Shown piece by piece: positions 1 through 9,998 of a stretch of DNA of 54,083 bases (positions within the stretch are counted from its first letter, which is position 1; each line of letters starts with the position of its first letter). Source of the stretch: Actinomycetota bacterium (GTDB lineage Bacteria > Actinomycetota > Acidimicrobiia > IMCC26256 > VFJJ01); NCBI GenBank assembly GCA_009886115.1, contig VFJJ01000176.1, forward strand, positions 1 through 54,083. The letters run 5' to 3'. Position numbers and translations under genes: made by a program. The notes under the pieces were generated by a model. That model had not been told where the DNA came from, ran no database searches, and was given only the letters and a program-made list of their open reading frames with translations.

Positions 1-1013
1 AGGATGCGCAGCTTCTCGTCGGCCGGGGCCGTCATGGCCTTGGCCCATCCGGGCAGAGCGTCGAGCAGGAACCCGCTGTCGAACGAGACGTAGATGCGCA
101 TGAGATCGGGCACGGTGAGAGCCAGGACCGTGGCGCCGCGCTCGGCCGCATAGTCGGAGGCGCTGAGCTTGGCATCGGTCGCGGCGCGCATCTGGGCGTT
201 GGTGCCGATCACGTTCCAGTTCAAGGGGCGATTGGCTCGCAGCGACATCTGCGTCATCAGCTCGACGTGCGAGTCTTCGAACGGTCCGATGGTCGGGATG
301 AACTCGAGCCCGGTGCCCGGGTACTCGCTCACCACGTCGCACAGCGCCAGGATCTCCTCGGGCGTGGCATGGCGCGACGGGACGGGTTCACCGTCGGCGT
401 CACTGTGGGTCGTGGCCTGCGACGACGAGAAGCCGAGACCGCCAGCCGCCAGACCTTCTCGGAGGAGCGTCTTCATGCGCTCGAGCTCGTCGGGCGTCGA
501 CGCGTTGCCGACAGCCCGCTCGCCCATCACGACACGCCTGATTGCCGAGTGCCCGACCATGAACCCGAGGTTCACGGCGGTGGTGCCGTCGATGAGATCG
601 AGGTACTCGCCGAAGCTGCGCCAGCTCCACGGCACGCCTTGCTGCAACGACTCGACAGGCATGCCCTCGACCCGTGCGAGCATGTGCAACAGGTAGTCGG
701 CCTCGCTGGCTTCGAGCGGGGCGATGCTGAAACCGCAGTTGCCGGCGACGGCCGTCGTGACGCCGTGCAGGGGGCTCGGGGTGAGCGCAGGGTCCCAGAA
801 CACCTGCGCGTCGTAGTGCGTGTGCACATCGACGAAACCGGGGGCGACGATCAACCCGGTGGCGTCGATGGTCTCGGTGGCACCTTTGGCGTCGAGCGAG
901 CCCGGATCGCCGATCGCAGCGATCCGGCCGTCGCGGATGCCGACGTCGGCTCTCTGGCGCGGGGCGCCCGTCCCGTCGATGACCGTTCCACCGGTGATGA
1001 GGACATCGAACAT
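1..1013 (-). CDS. N-acyl-D-amino-acid deacylase family amidohydrolase (3' end outside window)
   Basis: Not in the ORF track. Manual translation from ATG at 1013 (AAGGA upstream): MFDVLITGGTVIDGTGAP...APGFVDVHTHYDAQVFWDP...HGVTTAVAGNCGFSIAP; HxH metal motif and GNCG are typical of the family; open to the window edge. Confidence 0.9.
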   Translation of the reverse strand, partial: MFDVLITGGTVIDGTGAPRQRADVGIRDGRIAAIGDPGSLDAKGATETIDATGLIVAPGFVDVHTHYDAQVFWDPALTPSPLHGVTTAVAGNCGFSIAPLEASEADYLLHMLARVEGMPVESLQQGVPWSWRSFGEYLDLIDGTTAVNLGFMVGHSAIRRVVMGERAVGNASTPDELERMKTLLREGLAAGGLGFSSSQATTHSDADGEPVPSRHATPEEILALCDVVSEYPGTGLEFIPTIGPFEDSHVELMTQMSLRANRPLNWNVIGTNAQMRAATDAKLSASDYAAERGATVLALTVPDLMRIYVSFDSGFLLDALPGWAKAMTAPADEKLRI

Positions 1014-1127
1014 GGTGCGCTCCTTCGACTTCGGTGACTGGCGCCGGCGCGTGCGGCCGACGGGCACTGCCCCACGCTACCGGTCTCCTGGTGCGGGCGC
1101 GCCCTCCTGGCGATAGGTTCCGCCCCC

Positions 1128-1832
1128 GTGAAGACCCTCATCGTGGGCGGCGACGACACACTGTCCTCCGGTCTGGCCGACGGGCTGCGTTCGCGTGCCG
1201 TGGGCGGGCTCGTTCATCTCCAGCCCGACGCCACCTCGTTCGGCGGACGGGCTGCCGTTGGCTCCGCCGTCGGTGGAGCCATCGAGCAGCTTGGCGGGCT
1301 CGACCTCCTCGTGCACACGTGGACCCATCCGGCCGCGCTGGAGGAGTGCGTGCTGGCCACGATGAGCGAGCACGTGTGGGAGGCCGCTGCGGAGACCTCG
1401 CTGTACGCCGCGATCCACACGGCCCAGACGTGCTTCGCTCCGTTGCGTGACAGCGGGCGAGGCCGGATCGTGTTCACGATGCCGACCATCGGCACGGCGG
1501 GTGGTGCAGGTTTCGCGCCGTTGGCGTCGGTCGCCGAGGGGGTCCGCCAGCTCGGCAAGGCCCTGGCGAAGCAGTGGGGCAAGTACGCGATCACCGTCAA
1601 CATGATCCAGCTCGCGCCGGGCATGGTCCTGGCGGGCGCGGACGGTGGTGCCGGCGCCGCCGCCGGGGAACGGCTGTCCTCGGCGATCTCGCTGTCGGTG
1701 CCGGCACTGGGCTCGGCCGGCGATCCGGCGCGCGACCTGGCTCCCGTCGTCGCCCTGCTCGCATCCGACGACGCCCACTTCGCCACCGGCGCCACCATCA
1801 CGCTCGACGGCGGGATCTGGATGGCCCAGTGA
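1128..1832 (+). CDS. SDR family oxidoreductase (divergent)
   Basis: C-terminal LAKQWGKYAITVNMI and TGATITLDGG are SDR hallmarks; N-terminal Gly motif and YxxxK are degenerate. Confidence 0.75.
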   Translation: MKTLIVGGDDTLSSGLADGLRSRAVGGLVHLQPDATSFGGRAAVGSAVGGAIEQLGGLDLLVHTWTHPAALEECVLATMSEHVWEAAAETSLYAAIHTAQTCFAPLRDSGRGRIVFTMPTIGTAGGAGFAPLASVAEGVRQLGKALAKQWGKYAITVNMIQLAPGMVLAGADGGAGAAAGERLSSAISLSVPALGSAGDPARDLAPVVALLASDDAHFATGATITLDGGIWMAQ

Positions 1833-2013
1833 TGAGGTGTTCTCGCTGCCGGGCCCCTGGCCTCCGGCCATCCCGGCAGGTACCCGAGAGGCCCCACCCC
1901 CGGGCCGCGCGACGGGTCCGCAGCGACGTCTCGACCCGCCGTCTCGCCTCCCGGCGCCCCGGCAGGTGCCCGGCTGGTCGCGGACCGTGGATCCAGACAG
2001 TGATGGGAGCCTC

Positions 2014-2781
2014 GTGAACGGGAATCTGTTGGTTGGCAAGGTCGCCATCGTCACCGGCGCTGGTGGCGGCGTGGGCCAGGGCATCGCGGTGGCGATGGCT
2101 CGCCAGGGGGCGTCGGTGGTCGTCGCCGCTCGCCGCACCGAGACCGGCGAACCGGCAGCGGCAGCCATACGCGACGAGGGCGGCGAGGCCGTCTGCCTCC
2201 GCTGCGACGTGGTGTCGCGGGCCGACGTCGGCGCCGTCGTGGCGGCCACCGTCGAGCGCTACGGGCGGCTCGACTGCATGGTGCACAACGCGTTGGCGAG
2301 CACGGGCGTGCCGTCGGAGCTGCAGGACCTGGCCGACGACGGCATCGACGCCATGATGTCGACAGCGGTCCGGGCCACGTTCTCGTGCGCGCAAGCGGCC
2401 TACCCGCACCTGCTGGCCAGCGGGGGCTCGTACATCATCATCAGCTCGGCCGCGGGCGTAGAAGGCAGCTCGTACCTGCCGGTGTATTCGGTGGTGAAGG
2501 GCGCGCAGCGGGGCTTCGCCAAGTCGCTGGCGCGTGAGTGGGGGCCGCTGGGCATCAGGGTCAACTGCATCGGCCCCGTGGCCCTGACGCCGGCCATGGA
2601 GGCGATGTACGTGAAGAACCCGGTGTTGGAGGAGCGCCTCGTCGGCCGCACCCCGTTGGGCCGGGTGGGTCGGCCCGACACCGACATCGGCCCGGTCGCG
2701 GTGTTCCTCGCGTCCGACCTCGCGCAGTACGTCACCGGCCAGACCATCATGACCGACGGTGGCGGCTTCCTCGGCCTGTAA
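2014..2781 (+). CDS. classical SDR family NAD(P)-dependent oxidoreductase
   Basis: TGAGGGVG, HNA, YSVVK (YxxxK), VTGQTIMTDGG; GTG start at 2014 after GGGAG, inside ORF 1645..2781. Confidence 0.9.
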   Translation: MNGNLLVGKVAIVTGAGGGVGQGIAVAMARQGASVVVAARRTETGEPAAAAIRDEGGEAVCLRCDVVSRADVGAVVAATVERYGRLDCMVHNALASTGVPSELQDLADDGIDAMMSTAVRATFSCAQAAYPHLLASGGSYIIISSAAGVEGSSYLPVYSVVKGAQRGFAKSLAREWGPLGIRVNCIGPVALTPAMEAMYVKNPVLEERLVGRTPLGRVGRPDTDIGPVAVFLASDLAQYVTGQTIMTDGGGFLGL

Positions 2782-2805
2782 CCCGCCCGCCCCCCAGCCG
2801 ACCAA

Positions 2806-2843
2806 GAGTGAGTAGACCCCCCTCTACGGCGGTGTACTCACTC
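2806..2843. repeat. intergenic inverted repeat (REP-like or mRNA stem-loop)
   Basis: GAGTGAGTA (2806-2814) and TACTCACTC (2835-2843) are exact reverse complements. Confidence 0.55.
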
Positions 2844-2877
2844 CTGCTCGGGTTGACAGCTCCGAAAGAGGCCCGCG

Positions 2878-3504
2878 ATGCCCCTCGACCTCCGACCGCT
2901 GATCGCTGCCGACCACACCGCGGTGCTCACCATGGAGTGCCAGCGCGGCGTCGTGGGCGACCTCTCGACCGTCCCCCACCTGCGAGATGCCGCCAACTCC
3001 CGCAACACCTTCCAGAACCTGGGGCGTTTGTGCGCCGGGGCCCGGGCCGCCGGCGTGCGGGTGGTGCACTGCACGGCCGAGTTCCGCCCCGACCGGGCCG
3101 GATCGAAGGCCAACTGCCGCATGCTCGCCGGAGCCAGACCCGGCTCCGACCACGTGGGCGTCGGCTCCACCGAGGCCGAGCTGATCCCCGAGCTGGGCTA
3201 CGACGCCGTGCGCGACATCGTCGTGTCACGCCTGCATGGCATGACGCCATTCACCTCGACGGCGCTCGACCAGATCATCCGCAACCTCGGCGTGACGACG
3301 GTCATCGCCACCGGCGTCTCGGTGAACATCGGCCTGCTCGGGATGGTGCTCGGTGCCGTCGACCGGGGCTACGAGGTGGTCGTGCCCACCGACGCCGTCG
3401 CCGGGGTGCCGCTCGATTACGCCGACGACATGCTCCAACACACGTTCAAGCCGCTTGCCACCCTCACGACGACCGACGCCATCATCGCCGCCTGGCGTTC
3501 GTGA
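2878..3504 (+). CDS. isochorismatase / cysteine hydrolase family protein
   Basis: AVLTMECQRG, GVRVVHC, VIATGVSVNIG, AVDRGYEVVVPTDAVAG match the isochorismatase fold; the catalytic Cys position appears non-canonical. Confidence 0.85.
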   Translation: MPLDLRPLIAADHTAVLTMECQRGVVGDLSTVPHLRDAANSRNTFQNLGRLCAGARAAGVRVVHCTAEFRPDRAGSKANCRMLAGARPGSDHVGVGSTEAELIPELGYDAVRDIVVSRLHGMTPFTSTALDQIIRNLGVTTVIATGVSVNIGLLGMVLGAVDRGYEVVVPTDAVAGVPLDYADDMLQHTFKPLATLTTTDAIIAAWRS

Positions 3505-3549
3505 GCTCGTGACGTCTGGGGAGACACGGGACGTGATCGTCGGCCTGCG

Positions 3550-4335
3550 ATGACTGCTCCGGAGGGCGGAACCGGTCCCGTCGTGATCGACCTGCGCGAC
3601 CCGCAGATATGGATCGACCCGCACCCAGTGCTGCGGGCTGCCCGAGCCGCCGGGCGGACGGCCGTCACCCATACCGGCGAGGTCGTGCTGCTCTCGGCCG
3701 ACGACATCGAGACCGTGCTGGCCGACCCCGAGGAAGGCTTCACCGAGCCCATGACGCCCGAGGCTCGCCAGCGAGCCGAGTCGTCGATCGTGGCGCTGTA
3801 CGCCTATGTGAAGGCACTGCTGGCGAAGCGGGAAGCGGACCCCCGCGACGACGTGATCTCGATGCTGGCCGCCGACGGCGGAGGCGCGGCCGAGGCTGGG
3901 GCAGGGGGCGGGGCAGAGGGCGGGGCCGGGTCCGGGTCCGGGGCGATCGATCCGGACGACCGGCTCGCACTGGTGGTGAACCTGATCGGCGGCGCGGTCG
4001 GATCGAGCCGGGCGGTGATCGTGAACTCGGTGCTGGCGCTCGTTCGTCACCCCGTGCAGGCCGACCGGCTGCGGGCCGACCGTACGCTGCTGCGGGGTGC
4101 CATCGAGGAATGTCTGCGCCTGCACCCGCCGTTCCGGGTGGGCCGCCGCAAGACCGTCGAGCCGGTCGAGGCCTTCGGTCTGTCGCTGCCGGCGGGGTCC
4201 ACCGTGTTCTTCGTCCGGGCCAGCGCCAACCGCGACCCGGCCCGCTTCGAGCGCCCCGACGAGCTCGACATCAGCCGCCCGGAGGCCCGCCACCTGAGCT
4301 TCGGGCACGGCCCGCACTTCTGCCTCGCGCCGTAG
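3550..4335 (+). pseudogene. cytochrome P450 with internal deletion and C-terminal truncation
   Basis: Only 261 aa; ExxR (ECLR), ANRDP and FGHGPHFC are present, but the stop falls 3 residues after the heme Cys (no L helix) and the B'-F helix region is missing (VLADP joins EEGF). Confidence 0.8.
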
Positions 4336-4346
4336 CCCACGACCGC

Positions 4347-4394
4347 CAACTGTCAGCGTGGCGGGCCGGATACGGCCCGCCACGCTGACAGTTG
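4347..4394. repeat. perfect 22-bp inverted repeat with 4-nt loop
   Basis: CAACTGTCAGCGTGGCGGGCCG-GATA-CGGCCCGCCACGCTGACAGTTG. Confidence 0.9.
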
Positions 4395-4429
4395 CGAGAA
4401 CGGCCGGGCGAGACGCGGGCCTGAGGCCT

Positions 4430-4570
4430 GGGGAGCGGGAGCGGTACCGATGGCATAGATACGGTCGCCAGCCACGTCGAGGTCGGCGATCCAGAGCTCG
4501 TCCTCACTCGCTACAGGTTCCCAGTTCACGCCGCCGTCGGTCGAGCGATAAAGCGCCTGGCCGGCGACCG
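4430..4570 (-). pseudogene. fragment of a BNR/Asp-box (beta-propeller) protein gene
   Basis: Manual translation AGQALYRSTDGGVNWEPVASEDELWIADLDVAGDRIYAIG contains SxDxGxxW; an in-frame TGA lies just upstream and there is no evident start. Confidence 0.55.
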
Positions 4571-4723
4571 GCCGGGGTCACCACCCACCAACAACCCCCG
4601 TCAACACCGGTCGCTCAGCCGTGCATGTGCCGCCGCGGCGACAGGTGCTCGCAGGGATCGGGTCGCTCGGACGAGACTGCCCCGACATCGAGCGTCCGAG
4701 TTCGATGAACAGAGGACGGCCAC

Positions 4724-5695
4724 ATGAGAGTCGGCGTGTACTTCGACATGCGCAACCCGCCGGGGTGGCGCCAGGATCCGACCCGCCTCTACGGCTTCAC
4801 GCTGGAGATGTGCGAGGAGGCCGAGCGCCTCGGCGCCGACTCGATCTGGCTGTCGGAGCACCATCTCTTCGAGGACGGGTACCTCAACCAGCCCTTGGCC
4901 TTCGCCGCCGCCGTCGCCGCTCGCACGAAGCGAGCCCGGATCGGCACTGCCGTGCTCCTGGCGCCGCTGCACGCCGCGGCCGAGATTGCCGAGCAGGCGA
5001 CCCTGGCCGACATCATCAGCGGGGGCCGGATCGACCTCGGGCTCGGAGCGGGCTACCGCGTGCCCGAGTTCGAGCTCTTCGGAGCCGACATCGGCCGCCG
5101 TTACACGACCACCGACCAGCGCGCGCGCGAGCTCCGAGCCCTCTGGGCGAGCGGCCGCCTGACGCCGGCGCCCGTCCAGGGCGAGATCCCGATCTTCATG
5201 GGATACCAAGGCCCCCAGGGAGCTCGGCGGGCCGGCCTGCTCGGCGAAGGCCTGCTCTCGGTGAACCCCGCGCTCACCGAGCCCTACGAGTCGGCGCTGG
5301 CCGAGGCCGGGCACTCACCCGCACGCGCCAGGCGCGGCGGTTCGGTACAGGCCTGGGTGACCGACGATCCCGAACGCGACTGGCCGGTGGTCAAGAAGCA
5401 CCTCGCGTACCAGCTCGACTCGTACCGGCGTTACATGGTGGAGGGGACCGATCAGCCCATCCCCCGCCCGGTCGACCCCGATCGCCTGATCGGCAAGGAC
5501 CCCGGCAAGGTGCTCGGATCGTTCATGTACGGGACGCCCGAGATGGTCGCACGAGGGATCCTCGACTACATCGGCGATCTGGCCGTCGAGGACGTGTTCC
5601 TCTGGGGTTCACTCGCCGGGATGCCCGAGCCCATGGTGGCGCAGGCGATCGAGACCATCTGCACCAAGCTGGCTCCCCTGCTGCGCGCCGGCTGA
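4724..5695 (+). CDS. LLM class flavin-dependent oxidoreductase
   Basis: WLSEHH, RIGTAVLLAPLH, ISGGRIDLGLGAGYRVPEF. Confidence 0.92.
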   Translation: MRVGVYFDMRNPPGWRQDPTRLYGFTLEMCEEAERLGADSIWLSEHHLFEDGYLNQPLAFAAAVAARTKRARIGTAVLLAPLHAAAEIAEQATLADIISGGRIDLGLGAGYRVPEFELFGADIGRRYTTTDQRARELRALWASGRLTPAPVQGEIPIFMGYQGPQGARRAGLLGEGLLSVNPALTEPYESALAEAGHSPARARRGGSVQAWVTDDPERDWPVVKKHLAYQLDSYRRYMVEGTDQPIPRPVDPDRLIGKDPGKVLGSFMYGTPEMVARGILDYIGDLAVEDVFLWGSLAGMPEPMVAQAIETICTKLAPLLRAG

Positions 5696-5697
5696 CT

Positions 5698-6768
5698 TCA
5701 GGACGGGGCGCGTTCGGGGATCGACCAGTCGGTGCGCCGCACGAGGACGGCACCGACCGCGACGAGGAGGCCGGCTGCGACCAGGCCGAGCATCAGCCGG
5801 CCGGGCTCGTACGACGCTCCGGGAGGCTCAGAGAAGCGCAGGCTTGTCGGCCTGCCCGACCACACGAACTCGTCCGACACCACCGACAGCGAGCATGGTG
5901 AATCTCGATCGCACGGGCGGTCCTCGAGACCCACGCGCCCCTCGTGCACGACGATCTCGGCCCGGGCGGCACCCGTATCGTCGAACGTGACGGCAACTCC
6001 GGCAGCCGGCGGATCGCAGGTGTGGACGCTCCGGCGGTCGGGTGCGGCGCAGCGCACGATCGCCGCCGACGATCCTGGTGGGAATCCGCTGAGCCGCAGT
6101 GTGATCGCCTCACTGTCGCGCACGCGGCCGCCAGCCGCCCCGTCGTCAGCCACCCCATCGCCAGCCACCCCATCGCCAGCGGGCTCAGCCGAGCCGATCA
6201 CGAGACGGCCGTCGACGGGTCGGGCCGATCCGAACACGAGATCGGCCATCCCGAAGTCACCGAAGTAGCCGACGGTCAGCACGCAGGGAGCCGCCGGCGC
6301 TGTGCAGTCGACGGGGCGACCGTCGAGGCCGGGGATCTCGGCGGTCACCCGGGCCAGGACCGTCGCCGCGCCGTCGTCGTCGAAGTGCACCGGAAGCTCA
6401 TTGGTGCACGGCCAGGCACCTTGAGACGAAAGCACACACTGGACGACCCCACCGTCGCCGGGCGGGAAACCCTTGGCGTGCACGGTGATCACGTCCCGGT
6501 CGGCGACGCCGACGATCACGGGAAAGGAGCGAAACGTCGACCCGCGGCGTTCGATCGCGACCACGAAATCGTCCGGTGGTGGTTCGGCCTCCCGAGTGAC
6601 GACCGTCAGTGACGCGGGTTGCGGGTCTTCCGTCGCATCGACCGCGTTCTCATCAAAGACCTCATCTGAGGCCCCGCGCGCTCCGATCAGGCCGCCGAGC
6701 GCGACGACCAGCAACAGCAGCAGCGCGAACACTGCCCCAGCCGCCAGTAGCACTCGGCGCAGCGACAT
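5698..6768 (-). CDS. membrane-anchored protein with two neocarzinostatin-apoprotein-like domains
   Basis: N- and C-terminal hydrophobic helices; two repeats of IT.xx.GFPPG...C...C...FDDxGAA...C...PC.L.V. Confidence 0.7.
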   Translation of the reverse strand: MSLRRVLLAAGAVFALLLLLVVALGGLIGARGASDEVFDENAVDATEDPQPASLTVVTREAEPPPDDFVVAIERRGSTFRSFPVIVGVADRDVITVHAKGFPPGDGGVVQCVLSSQGAWPCTNELPVHFDDDGAATVLARVTAEIPGLDGRPVDCTAPAAPCVLTVGYFGDFGMADLVFGSARPVDGRLVIGSAEPAGDGVAGDGVADDGAAGGRVRDSEAITLRLSGFPPGSSAAIVRCAAPDRRSVHTCDPPAAGVAVTFDDTGAARAEIVVHEGRVGLEDRPCDRDSPCSLSVVSDEFVWSGRPTSLRFSEPPGASYEPGRLMLGLVAAGLLVAVGAVLVRRTDWSIPERAPS

Positions 6769-6769
6769 G

Positions 6770-7687
6770 TCACGACACCGCGGCGATGTCGCGCCGGCGG
6801 AACATCTGCACGGCGATGATCACGAGGACGGCGACGTACGCCAGCAGGATCAGGGTGCCGTCGGTGACCGTGCGGACACCGTCCTCGAGCCCGGTCGGCT
6901 GGCCGGAGATGAACGCTCCCGCGTTCTCGGCCACCAGCCATCCCGACCAGCGGGGCCGCAACCCACGGATCAGGTTCTCGATCACCGCCAGGTACAAGAA
7001 CGCCGATCCGATGGCCGCGGTGGTCGACCGTCCGATGAAAGCCACCGCGGCGCCGGCGACCGCCGCCAGGGCAACCGCGGCGATCCCCCGGCTGGCCCCG
7101 CCGATCAGGTCGACCACCCAAGCTCCGTCGGCCCCCTCGGTCGAGCCCCTCGTGAACGCGCTCGGGAGCGCGGCAACAACCACCAATGCCTGCAACACCA
7201 CGGCGATCATCGCCGCGCACAGTCCGACGGCGGTGAAGCGCGCCGCCACCGCCCGCAGCCGGCGGGGCTCCCAGGTGAGCAGCGTGGTCATGGTCCCGAA
7301 CTTCCACTCGCCGCCGGCGACCGAGGCCGCCCCCAGCACCGCGCCGAAGACGAGGTAGATGCCGGTCACGAGCAGGACGCCTTCGGTCGTGTCGCCGCCC
7401 GGCCACAGGCCGGTGAGGTAATAGGGATCGTCCCGTCCGATGAACTGGGGGTTGTCGACGTCGCCGGCGTGCACGAACAACACGACGCCGACCAGCACCA
7501 CACCGCCCAGCGCGAGCAGCACGAGCATGCGGGTGACCCGTCGAGACAGCGCCCGGCGGATCTCCGAGCCCAACAGCACGCCGAATCCCGCCCGGGGACG
7601 GGCCTCCGGAGAAATCCGTCCGTGGCCAGCCTGAGCCGCCTGGCCAGCCTGAGCTGTCGATGCCTCTCCGCCGTATGCCGCGCTCAT
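6770..7687 (-). CDS. ABC-2 type transporter permease
   Basis: GGEWKFGTMTTLLTWEPRR, terminal FRRRDI, about 6 TM helices; ATG at 7687 overlaps the ATPase stop (ATGA). Confidence 0.88.
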   Translation of the reverse strand: MSAAYGGEASTAQAGQAAQAGHGRISPEARPRAGFGVLLGSEIRRALSRRVTRMLVLLALGGVVLVGVVLFVHAGDVDNPQFIGRDDPYYLTGLWPGGDTTEGVLLVTGIYLVFGAVLGAASVAGGEWKFGTMTTLLTWEPRRLRAVAARFTAVGLCAAMIAVVLQALVVVAALPSAFTRGSTEGADGAWVVDLIGGASRGIAAVALAAVAGAAVAFIGRSTTAAIGSAFLYLAVIENLIRGLRPRWSGWLVAENAGAFISGQPTGLEDGVRTVTDGTLILLAYVAVLVIIAVQMFRRRDIAAVS

Positions 7688-8697
7688 CGCGCCACCCCCT
7701 GGTTCACCCATGCAGCTCCGCCATCAGCACCGGCGCCCACACCGGCGTTCCCCGCAGCACCAGCCACGGCGGGATCGTCGCTCGTGAGCTCGAGGAAGAG
7801 GTCCTCGAAGCTCACCTCGTCGGGTTTGAGCTCGCTCACCCACTGGCCGGCCGCAGCGAGGGTGGACGTGATCCAGGCCCCGTGCTCGGGAGCCACCTCG
7901 ACCCGGAGGCATCCGTCGAGCCGGGCGACGGGCGCTCCGGCCGCGCGGAGCGCGTCGGCGCCGGCATCGAGGTGCTCGACACGCACGAGCATGGCCCCGG
8001 CCCGCTTCGATGCGAGCACGTCCTTGACCGAGCCCGCTGTGACGAGTCGCCCCCGGCGCAGGATCGCCACCGTGTCGCAGGTCTGTTCGATCTCGTGCAA
8101 CAAGTGGCTGGAGACGAACACCGTCCGCCCCTCCGAACCCAGTTGGCGCACGAGCTCGCGGATCTCGCGGATGCCTGCGGGGTCGAGCCCGTTGGCCGGC
8201 TCGTCGAGGATCAACAGCTCGGGATCGCGCACCAGGGCCCCGGCGATGCCGAGCCGCTGCTTCATGCCGAGCGAGTATCCCTTGACGGGATCGTCGGCCC
8301 GATCGGCCAGGCCCACCCGTTCGATCGACGCCGCCACAGCCGTCCGCCCGATCCCCTGGATGCGGGCGAGCAGCTCGAGGTTGCGCCGGCCCGAGAAGTT
8401 CGGAAAGAACGTGGGCGTCTCGACGATCGAGCCGATGCGGGTGATAACCCGAGCCAACTGCTGGCTGTCGGTGGCGTCGACCCCGAGGATCCGACACGTT
8501 CCGGCCGATGGCCGCACGAGACCGAGGAGACAGCGGATGGTCGTGGTCTTGCCCGAGCCGTTGGGTCCGAGGAACCCGTACACGCCTCCCCGGGGTACGA
8601 CGAGATCGAGCCCGTCGACGGCGATCGCCCGCCCCTTGCGGAATCTCCGGTACTCCTTGCGCAGCCCGGCGACCTCGATGACAGGTTCAGTGCTCAC
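7684..8697 (-). CDS. ABC transporter ATP-binding protein (BcrA/exporter type)
   Basis: GPNGSGKT, YSLGMKQR, LILDEP, SSH. Confidence 0.95.
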   Translation of the reverse strand: MSTEPVIEVAGLRKEYRRFRKGRAIAVDGLDLVVPRGGVYGFLGPNGSGKTTTIRCLLGLVRPSAGTCRILGVDATDSQQLARVITRIGSIVETPTFFPNFSGRRNLELLARIQGIGRTAVAASIERVGLADRADDPVKGYSLGMKQRLGIAGALVRDPELLILDEPANGLDPAGIREIRELVRQLGSEGRTVFVSSHLLHEIEQTCDTVAILRRGRLVTAGSVKDVLASKRAGAMLVRVEHLDAGADALRAAGAPVARLDGCLRVEVAPEHGAWITSTLAAAGQWVSELKPDEVSFEDLFLELTSDDPAVAGAAGNAGVGAGADGGAAWVNQGVAR

Positions 8698-8727
8698 AGT
8701 CGACCTCTCGCGGTTGTGTGGACCCGA

Positions 8728-9363
8728 TCATGATGACGCGTCCGACTCTGACGGTGGTGGCGGTGGCGTCGCCTGGTCGAGCCGTCGGTTGAGGGTGAGC
8801 AGGCGGCCGATCACCGGGAGCAGGATCAGGTTGGCCGAGTGCAGGATCCCGATGATGAGCACGATGCCGCCGACGCGCTGGATCGAGTGCTGGACCTGAT
8901 CGGGCGAGACCCCCACATCCCAGCCCAGCGGCCGCTCGATCTTGACCGTGAACATGATGTACGCGAGGAAGATCAGGTAGTACGCGAAGTCGGTGAGGAC
9001 GATGAAGCTCTTGCCGGTGTTGGGATTGGCCCTGAACACGTCGGCTGCGTAGCCCTTGCCGAAGCGTTTGATGAATGGACCCAGCCAGGCCGCCAGCCCG
9101 ACCAGGCCCAGCGAGACGAGCAGCTCGAGAATCCACCAGTCCATGATCAGCTCCCCGTTGCGTAGTTCGGATACGGCGATGACGACGGCGGCGATGGCGC
9201 CGAACAGGCATCCGGCGATGCCCGCTCCCCGACGACGCTGGCGGCGACGGGTGCGGTCGCCCTCGATGCTGAGCTCGACCCGGTCGAACAGGTCGCGCGA
9301 CTCGTAGACGTGCTCGGCAGGTTCCTGCAACGCATCGCGCAGCCGCTGCTCGAGGAGGGTCAT
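8728..9363 (-). CDS. multi-pass membrane protein, putative anti-sigma factor
   Basis: LEQRLRDAL N-terminus, RRRQRRR before the first TM, about 4 TMs; translationally coupled to the ECF sigma gene. Confidence 0.6.
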   Translation of the reverse strand: MTLLEQRLRDALQEPAEHVYESRDLFDRVELSIEGDRTRRRQRRRGAGIAGCLFGAIAAVVIAVSELRNGELIMDWWILELLVSLGLVGLAAWLGPFIKRFGKGYAADVFRANPNTGKSFIVLTDFAYYLIFLAYIMFTVKIERPLGWDVGVSPDQVQHSIQRVGGIVLIIGILHSANLILLPVIGRLLTLNRRLDQATPPPPPSESDASS

Positions 9364-9989
9364 GGCGCCCCCTCCCCGCCCACAGCGCCTTCGGTCCGGC
9401 CGGCCGCCAGCGCCTTCTCCAACGCCGCCAGCCCGCGCTTGAGATGGGTCTTGACGGAGTTGGCCGAGATGCCGAGCGTGTCGGCGATCTCGGGAATGCC
9501 GAGGTCGAGGTAGTACCGCAGCACCACGCAGTCGCGCTGGCGGACGGGCAGGGCCCGTACGGCGTCGAGCACCTCGCGCTGGTCTTCGCGTACGACGAGC
9601 TCGTCCTCGGCCGAGTCGAGGTCGGCCACGGCACTCGGTCGGTGTCGCAGCGACACGAGCCCCCGCCGGTTGTGATCACGGGCCAGGTTCAACACGATCG
9701 AGCGAAGGTACGGTGCCGCCTTGGACCGGTCGTCGATGCGATGCGCCGAGCGGGCCAGGCGGATGAACGCCTCTTGCACCAAGTCTTCCGCCGCGTTCTT
9801 GTCGTCGACGAAGAGACGGGCCATGCGTACGAGAGAGCGGGCGTGCTGGGTGAACAGATCGGTGACGAGCCGGTTGACCCGGGCATCGTCGAAGACGGTG
9901 CCCGGGTCAACCGCGGTCTCGGGGCGAGCGCCCACGGAACCAGAGAGGGGGAATTCGGCCGTGAACACCCACGGCCCGATCGTGGTCAT
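9360..9989 (-). CDS. ECF RNA polymerase sigma factor (actinobacterial SigE-like)
   Basis: AEDLVQEAF (region 2) and LPVRQRDCVVLRYYLDL...IADTLGISANSVKTHLKRG (region 4). Confidence 0.92.
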   Translation of the reverse strand: MTTIGPWVFTAEFPLSGSVGARPETAVDPGTVFDDARVNRLVTDLFTQHARSLVRMARLFVDDKNAAEDLVQEAFIRLARSAHRIDDRSKAAPYLRSIVLNLARDHNRRGLVSLRHRPSAVADLDSAEDELVVREDQREVLDAVRALPVRQRDCVVLRYYLDLGIPEIADTLGISANSVKTHLKRGLAALEKALAAGRTEGAVGGEGAP

Positions 9990-9998
9990 CGTGCAGAC

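Noticed and set aside
6473..8899. Very long alternative-frame or antisense ORFs (808 aa here; also 18751..21324, 33026..35281, 40174..42420)
   Set aside because: Shadows of real genes in GC-rich DNA, Arg/Pro/Ala-rich with no motifs; 18751..21324 is real only from 20191
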